64,000 nucleotides of DNA from Sphagnum compactum. Taxonomy: Eukaryota. The stretch covers positions 6,376,213-6,440,212 of the forward strand of contig OZ234493.1 of NCBI GenBank assembly GCA_965153455.1. The letters are read 5' to 3'. How positions within the stretch are numbered: position 1 is the stretch's first letter; the number at the start of each line of letters is the position of its first letter. Under the pieces are notes generated by a model. The model searched no databases. It was not told where the DNA came from and was given only the letters and a program-made list of their open reading frames with translations. Positions 27,047 through 40,517 of this stretch are shown here, in pieces. The translations under genes were made by a program, and so were the position numbers.

Positions 27047-28381
27047 TTAGTCTCCTATGAGAGTATTGGTAAAACCCAGTATGGCTTCAACGTCCTCTGG
27101 CTCTCCAGAGAATTTGCGAGCAAAGAGCCAACAAGAGGAATTGGGGACGCCATTGTAGACGCAGGACTCTTCGTTATCCCAACCAAAGACGCGAGTACTC
27201 ATGGCGTACATACCATCCGTATTCTGCGTCTGGTTCTGAATAGCTAAGATGGTGCTCGTTGTGAAGTTGGCACTGGTGTACATTGCAGGGTGAGATTCCG
27301 TTTCCGGGTTGCTCCAGTTGACGTAAGTGGTGGAGTGATTTGCTATACCAAATGGGTCAACGATATTGAGCAAAGTGGGTAAATAAACTTCGACACTTAT
27401 GCCTCCTTCTCTCCAATGCTCCTTGAATTTGGGGAAGACGAAGAAGTCGCCTACAATCAAGCCTGCATGCCGGCGGTGCACAGAGAACCAAGCCTCACCC
27501 TTGCGCATCACATCGTCACGCAGTTGCCGAGTTTCGGTGGTCCATCCCTGCCGCCACCACTCCCAAGCGAGAAAGGCTTCCACAAAACTCAGCTCCGAGT
27601 TCATCAGATAGTTGTACACGAACCCAAAGCTACGAACGGGAATGGCGGCGTCACACACAAGCGAGAACCAGGCATTGGGTACTGTGCTGTCAAGTAATGC
27701 GTACGCTAGCAACCGTCTCTGAGCCTCCGGCATGGTGATGGCCATACGACCGACGGGCTTGCTGGGGATCTGTCGCTGATGAAAGATGGAGTTGTTGGAA
27801 TAGGAATGGTTGGAACCACCCGGATGTACGTAGATTGAGTAAAGCGACTCGTGTCCTTGAAAGAACTTTCGCCACAACGGCTCCAAAGGGATGGGTCCGC
27901 GCACCATGAACAAGAAGGCGACTCGAGGCGGTGTGCCGGAAGCCTCTGGTAACGGTTGCAGTGCAGCTCGATGCGCCGCGCACAACACCTCCTCGTCGCT
28001 GGCATTGGCTCGCACCCATTCCTCGAAACTTCTTCGTCTATAAGACCCTTGTCTTTGGAACTCAGAGCAGTACCATGCGTCCGAGTCTTCCAGCGTCAGA
28101 AACGTGTTCAAGGGTGGATCAGGCGCTGCTGCAGCTGCTAAATATCGTCGTAGCGAATTAACGTTGCGAACAAATAAACCCGGCGGCCTCGACGCCAGGA
28201 ATGCGAACCCGTGAGTGGTGTTCTCCCAGAAGGTCACAAGCAGCAAGGAAAAGCACAGTAGGATTATCATTGTGTTCAAGTGGCTACGTGCCCATTTCGC
28301 AGGGTGCTTGTAATGAAAATTCCGAGACAACCTTCTGCTTACGCATCTCCGCACTGACTCCTCAAATTTCTGAGCCACCAT
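27047..28381 (-). CDS. DUF266 / GT14-like (core-2/I-branching family, BC10-like) glycosyltransferase, intronless, 444 aa from the first ATG
   Basis: N-terminal TM helix (MIILLCFSLLLVTFW); RVAFLFMVRGPIPLEPLWRKFF, LYSIYVH, RRLLAYALLD, YNYLMNS..SFVE, TYVNWS, CWLFARKF. The ORF-track start at 28396 is a TTG. Confidence 0.9.
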   Translation of the reverse strand: MVAQKFEESVRRCVSRRLSRNFHYKHPAKWARSHLNTMIILLCFSLLLVTFWENTTHGFAFLASRPPGLFVRNVNSLRRYLAAAAAPDPPLNTFLTLEDSDAWYCSEFQRQGSYRRRSFEEWVRANASDEEVLCAAHRAALQPLPEASGTPPRVAFLFMVRGPIPLEPLWRKFFQGHESLYSIYVHPGGSNHSYSNNSIFHQRQIPSKPVGRMAITMPEAQRRLLAYALLDSTVPNAWFSLVCDAAIPVRSFGFVYNYLMNSELSFVEAFLAWEWWRQGWTTETRQLRDDVMRKGEAWFSVHRRHAGLIVGDFFVFPKFKEHWREGGISVEVYLPTLLNIVDPFGIANHSTTYVNWSNPETESHPAMYTSANFTTSTILAIQNQTQNTDGMYAMSTRVFGWDNEESCVYNGVPNSSCWLFARKFSGEPEDVEAILGFTNTLIGD

Positions 28382-29141
28382 TCTGCAGGATATCAATAAT
28401 TACCTCCTAACCAAAGACCATGCAGCTCATGTGTTTAAGCAAAATTCCCCGTGAGCTAGCTGCAGCCTACAGCTAGTTACTACTCCCAGTTCCTGGACAC
28501 AATAAAATTTCAGACTATAATCATCAACTAAAGCTGGATTTCCAACCGCTCTCCATGTAATCTCCTACTTGCGGAGTCTAGCTACTCAGAAGTACAAGCT
28601 GCATCCCATAGAGCTCTCTAGAAAAGAAAAAAGCTACTGATCTGCTGCGAAACTTGCCAACTAGCTAGTACTCCTTGCCATGACTATCGCCTGAAATTCA
28701 TGTAATTCCTGGGACCACCGAGCTGATGCTGCTCTAGTAAATCGCAACGTCCGAGCAGACTGTACTCTCCTAGATCCATAATTGCCCCCCAAAAAAACAC
28801 CACCCAAAACCCATTTGGCTTAAATCTCGAGCTCTTGCAAAAACCAAGTCAGTAATCGTGTTAACCGTGCTGCGTGGAGAAGAAGCTAATCCTGCAACCA
28901 TCAGAAGCTAATCCTGCAACAACCATCTCGAGCAGAAGCTCGGCGGAAAATTGCCCCCCAAAAACTCCACCAAACCGCATTTCTGATGGACCCAGAGATA
29001 GATGGGTCCAAAGTTTGGTATCCCTACATTCTAGGGTTAGCTGGAGTCCACTATAGAAACTGCTGTAGTAGTAGTAGTAGTATCTGGGGCCACTTTGACA
29101 GATGTTTGTTGAATAATTAATTTTAAAAATTAATTAATTAA

Positions 29142-29364
29142 AGGTGCATTCACACTTGGTGTTAAGGACTCTAGTATTAAGTCCCCTAACACCGAGCTAG
29201 TCATTTTGAACCTAAACCTATTTACCATTTTGTGAAGATTTTATGTTAAGTTAACATTCACTTAATATTATTTACAATATTAACCCATTTAACATTGGTT
29301 GCCACCTAAGATGCCACCTAGATTTTCACTTCACATTGACTTAACATTAGGTGTGAATGCAGCT
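29142..29364. mobile_element. Tourist-like (PIF/Harbinger) MITE, 223 bp
   Basis: TIRs AGGTGCATTCACACTTGGTGTTAAG and CTTAACATTAGGTGTGAATGCAGCT (4 mismatches in 25); TAA on both flanks. Confidence 0.75.
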
Positions 29365-31459
29365 TAAGTTTGATCAATCGATTTCAAAATTATATTATGT
29401 TCTCAAAATATTATTCCACCATATTCTTTATTTTCCTTCAGAAAAAAGTAAATTTTATTTTCATTTGGAAAATTTCAACGGTAACCACCACGTGTTTCCA
29501 ATTTAATATGTTGAATATTTATCATCCTTATGGATTTCATTTTAAAGGCTAGCCATCATACGATGAGTCTCTTATTTACAAAATTTGATAATTTTGGTGA
29601 TTCTAGTGACAATGGTAATTGGAGCTGGTATATAAATAATACATGTATAGGGTTGAGTAATATGGTCATCAACTTGATCATTATGAGAACGTATTATATG
29701 AAATCCCAAGCCTAACTATCTTGACATCAAGCTTTCATCAACCCAACTACATGTGGCTTTTCATAACTAATTTTTTATAATTTGTTTGAATTCAATTCAA
29801 CCAAACTATGAAAATAATTCAATTCAATTCAAATTGAATTCAAACAGATTTGAACTCATGAATTCAAGTTGTATGTGTACATTGTCATTGACTGCAAAAC
29901 TTGAAGTGACCCCCTCAATCAATCAAGCCTGGAATACACGATCCCTGATCAAGTGTCTAAAACTGGCAGTACAACCATCGAAGACGGCTGATGATTTTTC
30001 AGTTCCGTTTTCCTGGCTCTAAATATGGAGCTGCTCGAGCCAATTCCCAAGAGTCGGTTATAATTAACAACCACTAACTAATTAATTCAACAAGTGGAAA
30101 AAAGAAAGTTCCAAAATTGTTGACCTGATTACACAACTTGGACAATCTTCTTTCCACCAGCTGCAACAACTTCTGCTTTCTAAATATACAGGAATTCAGC
30201 ATCCAAAATGCCATGAGCTCTTTAGCGTGCAGCCATTTTGATGCACCAGCAGCAGCTACGCAGGTGCCATGGCAGTCAAGCAGCGCTCCAAGGTTCTCTC
30301 TTTCTGGAACCAACAGATATAAAGGGTAGGGTATATGTATATCCTTGGCCAGGAGTTCTAACTAAATAAATTTGGCTTTAAGCCTGGAATGGTGGTTCTT
30401 AAAAATTCATAGAACCGGTTTTGACCTGTCACCGACGTTCTACAGAAATCAAAGAATCAGGTTAAAAGAACCTTGACCCCCCAAACCTCAGTCACTTCTT
30501 TGCTTGTTGCTTCTTGACACCCACAGGTTCTTTGAAAATTCTCTAAAACTGAGTTCTGAAGGTTCTTTCATTATGGATCAGTTTTAAAACTCAGGAACTG
30601 GAGGTTATTAACAAAATCAAAAAAGCACACAACACTCATACCTGGCCCTCAAATCATTGGGTTGTTTTAAAAATTATAAATGTCCTGTCCTAGACTGAAT
30701 CAGTGTTTTTTAATGTGGCAAAAATTCGCCATTTGCGAAATTGAAAAGGTGCCTGTGAAAGGTTCTTGTGGATTTAGGGTGGGTAAAAGAAAAAGTTTGC
30801 CAAAATCTAACAACCACGAAGAGAGGGAGGCTAGCCTAGTTATGGGCAATTGTGTTTTATTGTCACTCTTGACGGTCACAAAGATATGGTGCTTGCCATA
30901 CATTGTTAGGTCCAAAACTTTTGTCATCACACATCACACTCCATTGCAACCATCATCAAACGCCGTTCTTGTGTGTAGAACTAGAATTCACTATCACAAG
31001 TTGAGAATGCAATAAACGCCATTGCCATCCCTTCATGCTTAGAAGATTTGTCATCACCTTTAGACCTCTTCTCAATGCTCATGGTTCACTACCGCAAAGT
31101 TCTTAAGGCTTGGACTCATGAACAGTTAAGCCTTGAATATTGTTGTTTTGCAAGTTTGTTTCTTGTTCATTTAAAGCTCATCAACTAACTAGTAAGTTTG
31201 TGGCTTGTGATCTTCTAAGTTTTTCAAAGTCCATTAATAGTCAACAATTGACTAGATTTTCATTTTAAATGCAACCTTTAAAATCCAAGTTCATCATTGC
31301 ATTGCAATGTGCATTTGTTACAATTGAAAGCAAGAATTTTAAGTACAACATTTGGGTGCTTGCAAGGTTACATGTTGAGAATCTAGGTGTTTGTTGCTCA
31401 TCATCCTTCAAGTTTCAAACGTTTCATTGACATAGATCCACAAACAAATAGGAAAATGA

Positions 31460-33430
31460 AATGTGATGTTCATTTTGTTTTCAAAGATGAATGGGTTACC
31501 TTGGGTTAAATCCGTTTTAAGTCTTCAAGGTAAGTTGTGGATGGTGCATTGCAAGGTGTTTGTGAAAGGTAAAGAAAAATTTCTAAACCCTAAATTATAT
31601 GGTTTGCAAAAACATTATGTCAAATGTTCAAAAAGCTTTGATTGCCTATCTAGGGATTTCAATAGGTCCCATGACTAATTTTGCACACATGAAGTTATTT
31701 GAATTCTTGATGTTTGCCCATATCCCAAACAAACATTGGACTAATTCTAGTGGGTGAAAAATTGCAATGGCCATGCACAATGTGCTTTTGAATCAAACAA
31801 AATTGGTTGTCCAAAATATTAAATTTGTGTCAATTAATTGGGATGAAATCACAACTATGGACAACCAATCTTGGATATTTGTGCATGTTGATGAAGACTA
31901 GAAAAGGGGGCTAATTCTTTTGAATCTTGAAAATATTGTGGATGGAATCACATCCTATAAACTCATTGCTATGATTGTTTGTTTTCTTACTATTTTTGGT
32001 GGTTTAATAGAAGTTAACATTGTTAACAAGGTTGTTTGCTTTGAGGGTAATGATGTAACAATGTTGCAAGGATTGAAGAAGGGTGTTATCATTGAACTAA
32101 TGGTGAAACATAATCCTTACATTGTCAACATTCATTGTATGGCGCACACTAATGTAATTACCTAGACTTCTTTTCCTTGACTTTAGTTGGGAAGATTGAA
32201 AGTTTATTGCACCCATGTATACATACTATAATCAATCTCCCAAAAGACACCTTGAAAGCTCTAAATTGGTGAAGGTGATCAAGTTGAGGGGTTTGAAATT
32301 TTCCTAAGAACATTAAAGCAAGGTGCATTTCTAGGTTGGCACCTTCTAAATGACTATTTGGTGAGTACAAGACATTCATGGTGAAAATGAGGGATGTTGT
32401 TACTAGTAATCTTAATCCTAAAACTAAGTTACTAATTGTGAGCATTTATACAATGTGGAAATTCTTATGAGCCTAAGTTGTGTTTACTAATGTTGGAAGT
32501 AGTATAAAGTTTGATAAATTTAAAACTTGCTTAAAATAGGTACACATTCACTTGAAATTATGTTGCAATTGTGAAGTTATGTTAGGCAAAATTGTACACC
32601 ATGTATGTGAAAAATAAGATGCAATATGCATCACCACTTCAAAAACTTTTTGGATTTGGTGGAGTGCACTAATGCTATATTATGTGTTGTGTAGTGGACT
32701 AACCTACAAACACAAGCAGAATATGTTGTTTTGTAATTCATTCAATGCTTGTACATGCTTCACAAAATTGACAAATCTACTAGAGAGGTTTCCATAATGA
32801 CTAGGGATGATAAGGCGTTTGCATGCTAAAGTGTCAAAAAGTAGTGCAATGGCCCAACCAAAGGCCTAAAATTGATGAGTTGGATAGAAATAACCCTACA
32901 CAAAAAATTATGAATGCCATAAGCATCATCTACCCTCAATATTGGTTATCTAATTAGATGTTGCCAAGACACTCCTTCGGCATTTAGCCATCTTGAAAGA
33001 ACAATAGTACTACCATAGCAAAACTATGTTGTTAATTTGAGTTTCACAGGATCCCTTGTTGGATGTTGATTTATTTGATCAATAAACCTTTATATTTGTT
33101 GTCACTATGCAATTTGATTGCACTATTGCCATCCAAACCCCCCTTGATTGTAACCCTCCCACTCAAATGTGGAGGCATTTGTATATTAACCAAGTTTTGA
33201 AACACATGTTATCCAAATACTTAAAGCTTGTTCTATGGAATGCGGAGGATGAACATATGGTTTTTACATTTACTTTCATTAAGAATAAGTTGAAGAATTG
33301 ATTAAATATATGCAACTTAATATAGTTGTTTGAATGTATGTGTAATAGTTTTTTATTCTTTTGATTTTTTCATTTTATATTTCCATCACTAAATGGAATG
33401 AAGAAAAAGTCTTATTATGAAGTGGACATA
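31460..33430 (+). pseudogene. Decayed hAT-type (ZNF862-like) transposase
   Basis: Fragments LPWVKSV..VHCKV..LQKH, DEITTMDNQSW, NIHCMAH (CxxH) and EDEHMVFTFTFIKNKLKN (hAT dimerisation-like); many stops and frameshifts. Confidence 0.7.
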
Positions 33431-33563
33431 TAGCATGACATTTTCCATGGGCTAACTAGTTTGAACTCAAACTTCCTTACAAATGTGAATGTACACAAAT
33501 TTATCCTATCTATTTGTAGATTGGTATTTTGGTATTAATGTGTTTTATTTTACAAGTCTACTT

Positions 33564-34182
33564 GGGTGAAAGCACACTACAGTGGCCAAAAAATGTTGTC
33601 ACAAATACTATTTTTCAAAACTATGTAACTTTCAACTTTCACCAAGCTAATATTGAAAGAGGTTTTCATAAATTATATTCAAATTAAGGTAGTTAAATTG
33701 CCAAATAATGCAACTGTCAGAAGAAACTACATTTTTTATTAATATCAAATGATTAAAGAGTTTATTTGTGAGAAAATAGATGTTGTCATGATATATTGCA
33801 AAGTGCAGATATATTCTAAAATTATTCAAATAATTGCAAACTTTATGAAGTACTTAATCATATATTGAATATGATGACTATTGAATATGATGATTGGACC
33901 ATTTCAATTACAATTGAAAATTTTGACTCTTGTGATTTCACAAAAAAACATTTGAACAAGTTTTTCATTCAAACGAACATAAGTGTGTTGAAAAAAAAAC
34001 ATTTGATGAAAAATTACTTTCATTTGAAAGATGACAAAAATTCTGTTGAAGGCCTTTGTATCAAAATTGATCAAAATGCTAGATGAAATCAAAGAAAAAT
34101 TGCCCCAAAAATATACTAAAATATATTCAAAAATAGTACATTTTCTTACTTAAAATGGCCCCCCTAGAGTGTGCTTTGACCC
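33564..34182. mobile_element. Non-autonomous TIR element, GGGTGAAAGCACACT family, 4-bp TSD
   Basis: Left end GGGTGAAAGCACACTA; right end reverse-complements to GGGTCAAAGCACACTC; flanks ACTT and ACCT. Confidence 0.65.
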
Positions 34183-34531
34183 ACCTTCCATTGCAATAAT
34201 GCAAATTTCGATGACGGATTAGGGTTCAATTCCCTTGGAAGACATTGCATGATATCTATTGTCACAAAATGCATTTCCAATTCAAAATTTTGGAATCTAA
34301 GGTATTTCATTGAAACTTTCATCTTGAGTCCTACATCCAGTCTACATTTAAAACATAGGATAAGCAACTTGTGGGTCTTTGGACTACTTCCAATATATTT
34401 CACTCTCTATTAGTTGATTTTTACATCAATGTAAACATAACTAAATGGTGTGTTATTTTGTTGAAATGTGACAAGAAATTTACTAGTTGTAAGTAGTTTC
34501 TAGACTTGGAAGAAATGTGAATAAGGGCTTG

Positions 34532-34622
34532 GGTGAAACAAATTAGAAAATTGAAACACTTGCAAGTACTAGCAATTCATGACAACGAACTATCTAACCT
34601 TTTTGAGTCCATCTTTGGGTGA
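34532..34622 (+). pseudogene. Isolated leucine-rich-repeat relic
   Basis: VKQIRKLKHLQVLAIHDNELSNLFESIFG* approximates the LxxLxxLxLxxNxLxxLPxxI consensus. Confidence 0.45.
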
Positions 34623-35230
34623 CAGGTTTCAATTTTGATTTGCTACAAGGGGAAAGGTTATAAACATTTTATTTCATTAATGTGCAACCAAAGGGTTATC
34701 CATATATGCAATTTGATCCTTTGAGATAAGGATTTTCATTGGGATTAGTTTTTATATTCACAAGGGTTTTGTGGAAGTTGCCTTTGATGCATAAGTGATT
34801 TGTCTTTATTAAAGGACTACTAAACACACAATATATTGCTTATGTAGCTAGCTACTAACCAATATGATTCACAAAATTGATTATTGGTATTGATTACAAT
34901 TTAGATTTTGTTAATGCAAGATCCAAGAAATAAGTGATTAAGGAAGTTATTTGCTTATGGAGCTTCAATGCGAAAAGATAGAATGATAGGGGATGCCATA
35001 ATATCGAGTCAACAAAATATTGCTAAAGATATAACGTAAAATATGTTCATGTTTGCCAAAAGGAATTTTAACCTTAAAGAACCAGCCATGATCATGATCA
35101 TAAAACTTGTGAGAAAATTTATTAATCTTCTTCGTTATTCACCATAAGTATAGAATTCATGTTTTGGGTTTTGTATTTTTTTTTCCAACCAAATTATTTT
35201 CAATGTTGAGATTTTGTAATATGGGTAAAA

Positions 35231-36041
35231 GGGTGAAAGCACACTATGGTGACCCCCTTTGGGGCACTTTTGGGTTTAATATTATAGTACATACAATATA
35301 ATTATTCCAAAAACATGGTACATTTAATATCAATTTTGGATATCAATTTTGGTTTTTGGGCCCTACAATAATTACTTTTACAAAACTAATGTTATGTAAT
35401 ATTATTTCTAAAATAATAATAAATGTCAGTATCTATATTGATAGATCCATGAATATATTTATAATATACATTGGTATAATAGGGCCATAGTCTCTTTGAC
35501 TATATTAACTTTAGGGCTTCATTAGTCATTATAATAATTATTTTTAATGAAATAAAAAAATGTCCCATCTAGCTATGCTTGTCATCTTCTATGTGAATAT
35601 GATTTCTTGTCAAAATTTCAATTTATCACACATTTACCACATCTTTGTTGAAAAATGTCATTTTTAAAAATGAAAATTTCCAAATTAGTCACATGGTATC
35701 CAAACATGGTTCATATTATGTGAAATGACATGGTTCAATATACCTTCAACTTTCATACAGACTAAAAATCATTTAAATTATTTTTGGAGTATATTTTTGT
35801 TTTTTAATACATAAATATGTTATATTCTTTTCCACAAATATATTCCAATATCTCACTTTATAAAATGAAATGAAAGGGTTTCTTTTCTAATCTTTTACCT
35901 AGGTTATATTCTAACATAATATACAAAAACATTATGAAAATCTTTCGAAAGTTTGAAGTGGGATACACTCAAACATGCACATCCCTAGAAAGTAGTGTAA
36001 TGTGACATTCCAAAGGGGGTCACCATAGTGTGTTTTCACCC
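35231..36041. mobile_element. Non-autonomous TIR element, 811 bp, 32-bp TIRs, AAAA TSD
   Basis: GGGTGAAAGCACACTATGGTGACCCCCTTTGG ... CCAAAGGGGGTCACCATAGTGTGTTTTCACCC (1 mismatch); AAAA on both flanks. Confidence 0.9.
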
Positions 36042-39000
36042 AAAAGCACTCTAGGGTGGACTAAAAGGCACATGAAGAAACTTCAATAATACATTTTTGC
36101 AATGTATTTTGATAATGCCAAAATCGATGTCTATGCTTGGGGCAAAATAATCATCTTTTCCAAAAAATAACTATCTAGGCACCTCATAAACATCTTAGAA
36201 TATAAGATTTTTGAAAAAAATTATTAAATTTCATAAAAACCATGTCCAATAAATTTAAATATAAAATCTCATATAATTGTTTTAAAAAAATCCTAAGATA
36301 CTTCTATGCCATCTTGAAAATGGTTTGGAAACCTTTGTTTTGAATTGTGAATGATATGTTCAAAAATATTGAAATTAATAAATGAGTTCATCATTACAAA
36401 TTTTGAAATTGTGAATCCATAAAAGTATTGTTTGTGTATTGTAACATTATGAGTCATAAAATTAAAAATTCTCCCATTTGAAATGTTTATATTGTTTTGA
36501 TTTCGTTTTTCTTTTTTTCAAAGGAAAATAGAATTAGAATTGTTATGTACATTGAATCCCTTTAATATAATGACTATAACAAATGCATGTGACATACACT
36601 TTGACTTGTAGAAGTGCATTAAAAAAAAACTCCATTACAAGATTTTATTGACGTTATAATTTGCAACATGTTATGGAGTTCCATGCCTCGACTTGAAATA
36701 TATAGTGGGGTTGGAAAGATTTCCACTATTTCCCGTATTTCAAGATTGGTTACAAAGCAAGCCTAAAAGTCAAATCCCTAATGGCAAGAACAAGACTAGT
36801 AGTTCAAGTTGCCAAAAAGATTTGGACACAATGAAAGCACATGTGTCAACTTTAATTTCTAGAGCACAATTTAAGATGGAATGTTATTGCCATCATCATG
36901 TAAGTGGAAACACTTGGTTATGGACCTTGTTCTTTTCTTCTTGCCTAGGTTACCAAACCCCACATTTGTAGATATTGTTTTATTTAACATTTTTGTGTGA
37001 TATGTCTTATCGATTTTCTCCAATAAAGATATCTTTCTTGACAAACTTGTTGTATGTTATATAGGAGAAATATGTACATGGGTTGAAAAAATTGATGTCC
37101 ATGTCGAATTCTTGGAATAGTGGTTTTTTAGAAATCCAACTATTGTAAGTTTGATGTGTTATACAAAAAATTCATTGTGAAAATTTTCACCAATGGACTC
37201 AAATTTGAAACCAATGTGTGGCATTTGTCTTGACTTTAAAAGACCTATTTAAGAATGGACATAAAAATCACACTTGGTGGAAAGTGCCAAGTTTAGGTCA
37301 AATGCATTTATTGAAGGTAATAAGGAAGGAGATACAAGTACAGTCATGAATGGCCCTTAGAATATCAAAAGTCTAGGATATCAAAAGTAGCAATGGAAGG
37401 TCTACTTGCATCTATAAAAAAAGTTGGTGGTTATGAAAGAATTTGGACTATTGACCAAATATACATGTGCCTTGTTTGAGCAAACTTGACGAAAGCCCAC
37501 TATTACATGTGTGATTCTATTCAACTTGAATTGAGCTTTTTGGAATTGCATGCTACCTTTGATGCAACACATAAATAGGCTATAATAGGAACCTTGAATG
37601 ATTTTGAAATGTCTTTAGTTGCATGTTTCAAATTGAATCCACTCACATTGTGGTGCATGTTTATGAAGCATTTTATTAAGTGCACCAAATTAGGCTTTGC
37701 TTCAATAGTTGAAAGGATAATAAACTTGTTCTAGGTGGCAATAGTGAGCAAAGAACACAAGGTCAGCATGGTTTGAATCTTGCAAAATTTGTGTTATTTT
37801 GGCATGACCCAATTTTGTGAAAATGTATAGAAGTTGCCAACTATAAATTTGGTTTGCCCTCTTACCAAGGATGATGCAAAAGTTGTTGATAAACTTCAAA
37901 GGATAGTACGATAGATGCATGGTATGGTGTAGACAATTTTAGGGAAAATTGAGACTACATATAGTATAAAAAATAATATGTAAGATTTCACTCACTTTGA
38001 AAATTTCTAAAGATCACATGTACTTAAGTTGAACTTGAAACATAAAATAAGTTATTAAACCCATCAATATGCAATTGATTGGTAATTGTATCATTGTATA
38101 AAAGTATGTGCCAATAATTTTATAAACGTTGATTAAAAACCCTTATTTGACAGCAAATTACCATTTTTTATTAATTAATTTTGAAAATCCATTCTTTTAA
38201 TGTAAAATGGTAAAAACAACATTTGGTCCAACTACATTGTCAATGAAATAACATTTTACAACATTAAAAGATCAAATCATCATCATTAAATTATCACATA
38301 ATGTATTAACAAATGTTTTAAAACATATAATATCAATTTCATAATTTGAAAAGAAATTGAGAATTTTGGTGAAAAAGATTCTTCTTCATGGTTGTCTTTT
38401 TACATGTGCAAAAATCTATGAATAAACTACCATTAAATTTAATCCTTTGTAATCTTTTGTGTAATTGCATCATTATGATCAATAAGGCTATTGCAAATTG
38501 AAAATGTACTCCAATTAATAATTAATTTGTTCATATTTGCTCCAATTTCATGATAAAATGATATATTGGGATGTAAACCACCATTAATTGAAAAAAATTG
38601 TTACAAAATGTCTTTCAAACATCCATCATGATATATCAAAGTTCCACAAGTATTGAAAACTATCAAATTGTAATAGTTTTTTTTTCTACACCATAACATG
38701 TATTCACCTAGTATTTAAGTTATTTTAAATCATAAATCTAATTTTTCTTTATGTTCAAGAAGTGGAGATGCAAACAAGCTTGAATGTTTTTCCTTTAATG
38801 ACTAAATCATTAACAATCATTAAAAAAATGTTTGTTTTTGGTGTGGCTTTTCATGATTCTCTATCATTTGGGTGAATCTTGGAGGTAGTGAGTTTGTACA
38901 TTGTACCAAATCTCATGATCTTAACTTTAAAACACTAACCCCTCTTGAGTCTTGCTTTAAGATTTATTGCAATTTTATTGTTTTGTGGGTGAACAAGAAA

Positions 39001-40517
39001 TACCAAACTACATAATTGTAGGTTATAAGCTATTTGTTTATTACATTTTTGCATATTTTGTTAAGGAAAGAAAATTTGAAAAAAATCCTTAGTTTTAAAT
39101 TGGGGTGTGTTATATAAGTGAAAAGAGTGGAAAGTTGAAAATGATGATCAAACAGAGAAACCACTAGCTATGAAATCTTTTCTTCTATAGTTGTTGTTGG
39201 CCTTCTTTCATAGCTTTGAATAGAAAGCCAAAGAATCTTTATAAAAATAAAGTTCTATCAGTGAAAATGTTGTTAATGTTGTCATTTGCTACAAAAAACA
39301 TTACTAAAAAACATGGTTTCTTTGATTAGAAAATCTAATAAAAAACCCCATTTGGATAAACATAAAATAATAATCTTATCATTTTGGACAAATCATTTTA
39401 GCATGTTCATTTTGACTGGGGTGGTCTTTTTTATTTGTAAGATAATGGACCATTTCATGAATAGATAATGGACCATTTTATTAGTTAAATTTTTGTGGAT
39501 ATTTGCATCATTTATTTTTTAAATTACTATCAAAAACAAATTGTGATAGGTAGGCATGTGGTAGCCTAATGTAGCATATCTCTTCTAGTCCCTTAAGCAT
39601 GTACATAAGTTACAACAATGAGAAATTTAATCATTGACTGCCCCAATGATAAACCAACTCCTTAACTAGTGAACCACACCTTCAGAAGGTAATTTTGTGT
39701 TTTATTTCTTTCACATGTTTAAATTTCACATAAGCATTATATACTACTTACGTTAGTAAAAAATAAGATGAGATAATTAGTAGGTAGGAGATCAAAGGTA
39801 GATAAATAGGTAGGTTATACAATGGTAAAAATATAGATTCATGGGTAGGAGGGAGGTAATTCTATAAAGTACACAGGTCAATAATAAGTAGATGAAATAT
39901 ACTAGAATAAATCAAAGTCTCCAAGTTCAAATTTAAGATTTCTAAACTTAAATATAGCCTCTAAGATCTTCACTCAAGAAGGTGAAGCTTGAGTGAAGGT
40001 ACCAATGAAGGTGTTGGTTCTTGTTAATGTTCTAGATGCCTTGGGTGAACCAACAAGCCTAGCTTAATCTTGGATGAACCAACACTTTCATTGGTACAAT
40101 GGTAAATTCAATGTTAACCAATTAATTGGGGTTATGAAGATGGCAAATTTTCCAATTTAGAATTCGAAAAAAAATGTTACATTGTGATAAAATTATGAAA
40201 GTAGAAAAATAAATTACCATGATGAATTAGATTTTTAAAAAAGATTACAAAGCCCTTTAAACAAATCCCACTCATCAAGAGTTCTCCAATCATACAAGAG
40301 CACACCCAAATATTTCCTTAAAAATGTTAATTGAATTTTGAATTTAATTTGAATTTTTTTGTTCAATATTCAACAATTCTCACATTATAAATCTAAATAT
40401 TATGAAATCACCTTAATGCACCCCTATTCATTGAAGGCTTTCCAAAGATAACATTTGCATGAAAGGCCCACAATGGTTAGGGAGATTTTGACTTGACAAA
40501 AATAAATAAGTAAACTA

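Noticed and set aside
27399-28410. Alternative-frame and antisense ORFs over the glycosyltransferase
   Set aside because: They are shadow ORFs of a GC-rich CDS.
36690-37930. Possible decayed coding region (similar case at 46000-47600)
   Set aside because: Too degenerate to assign any motif by eye.
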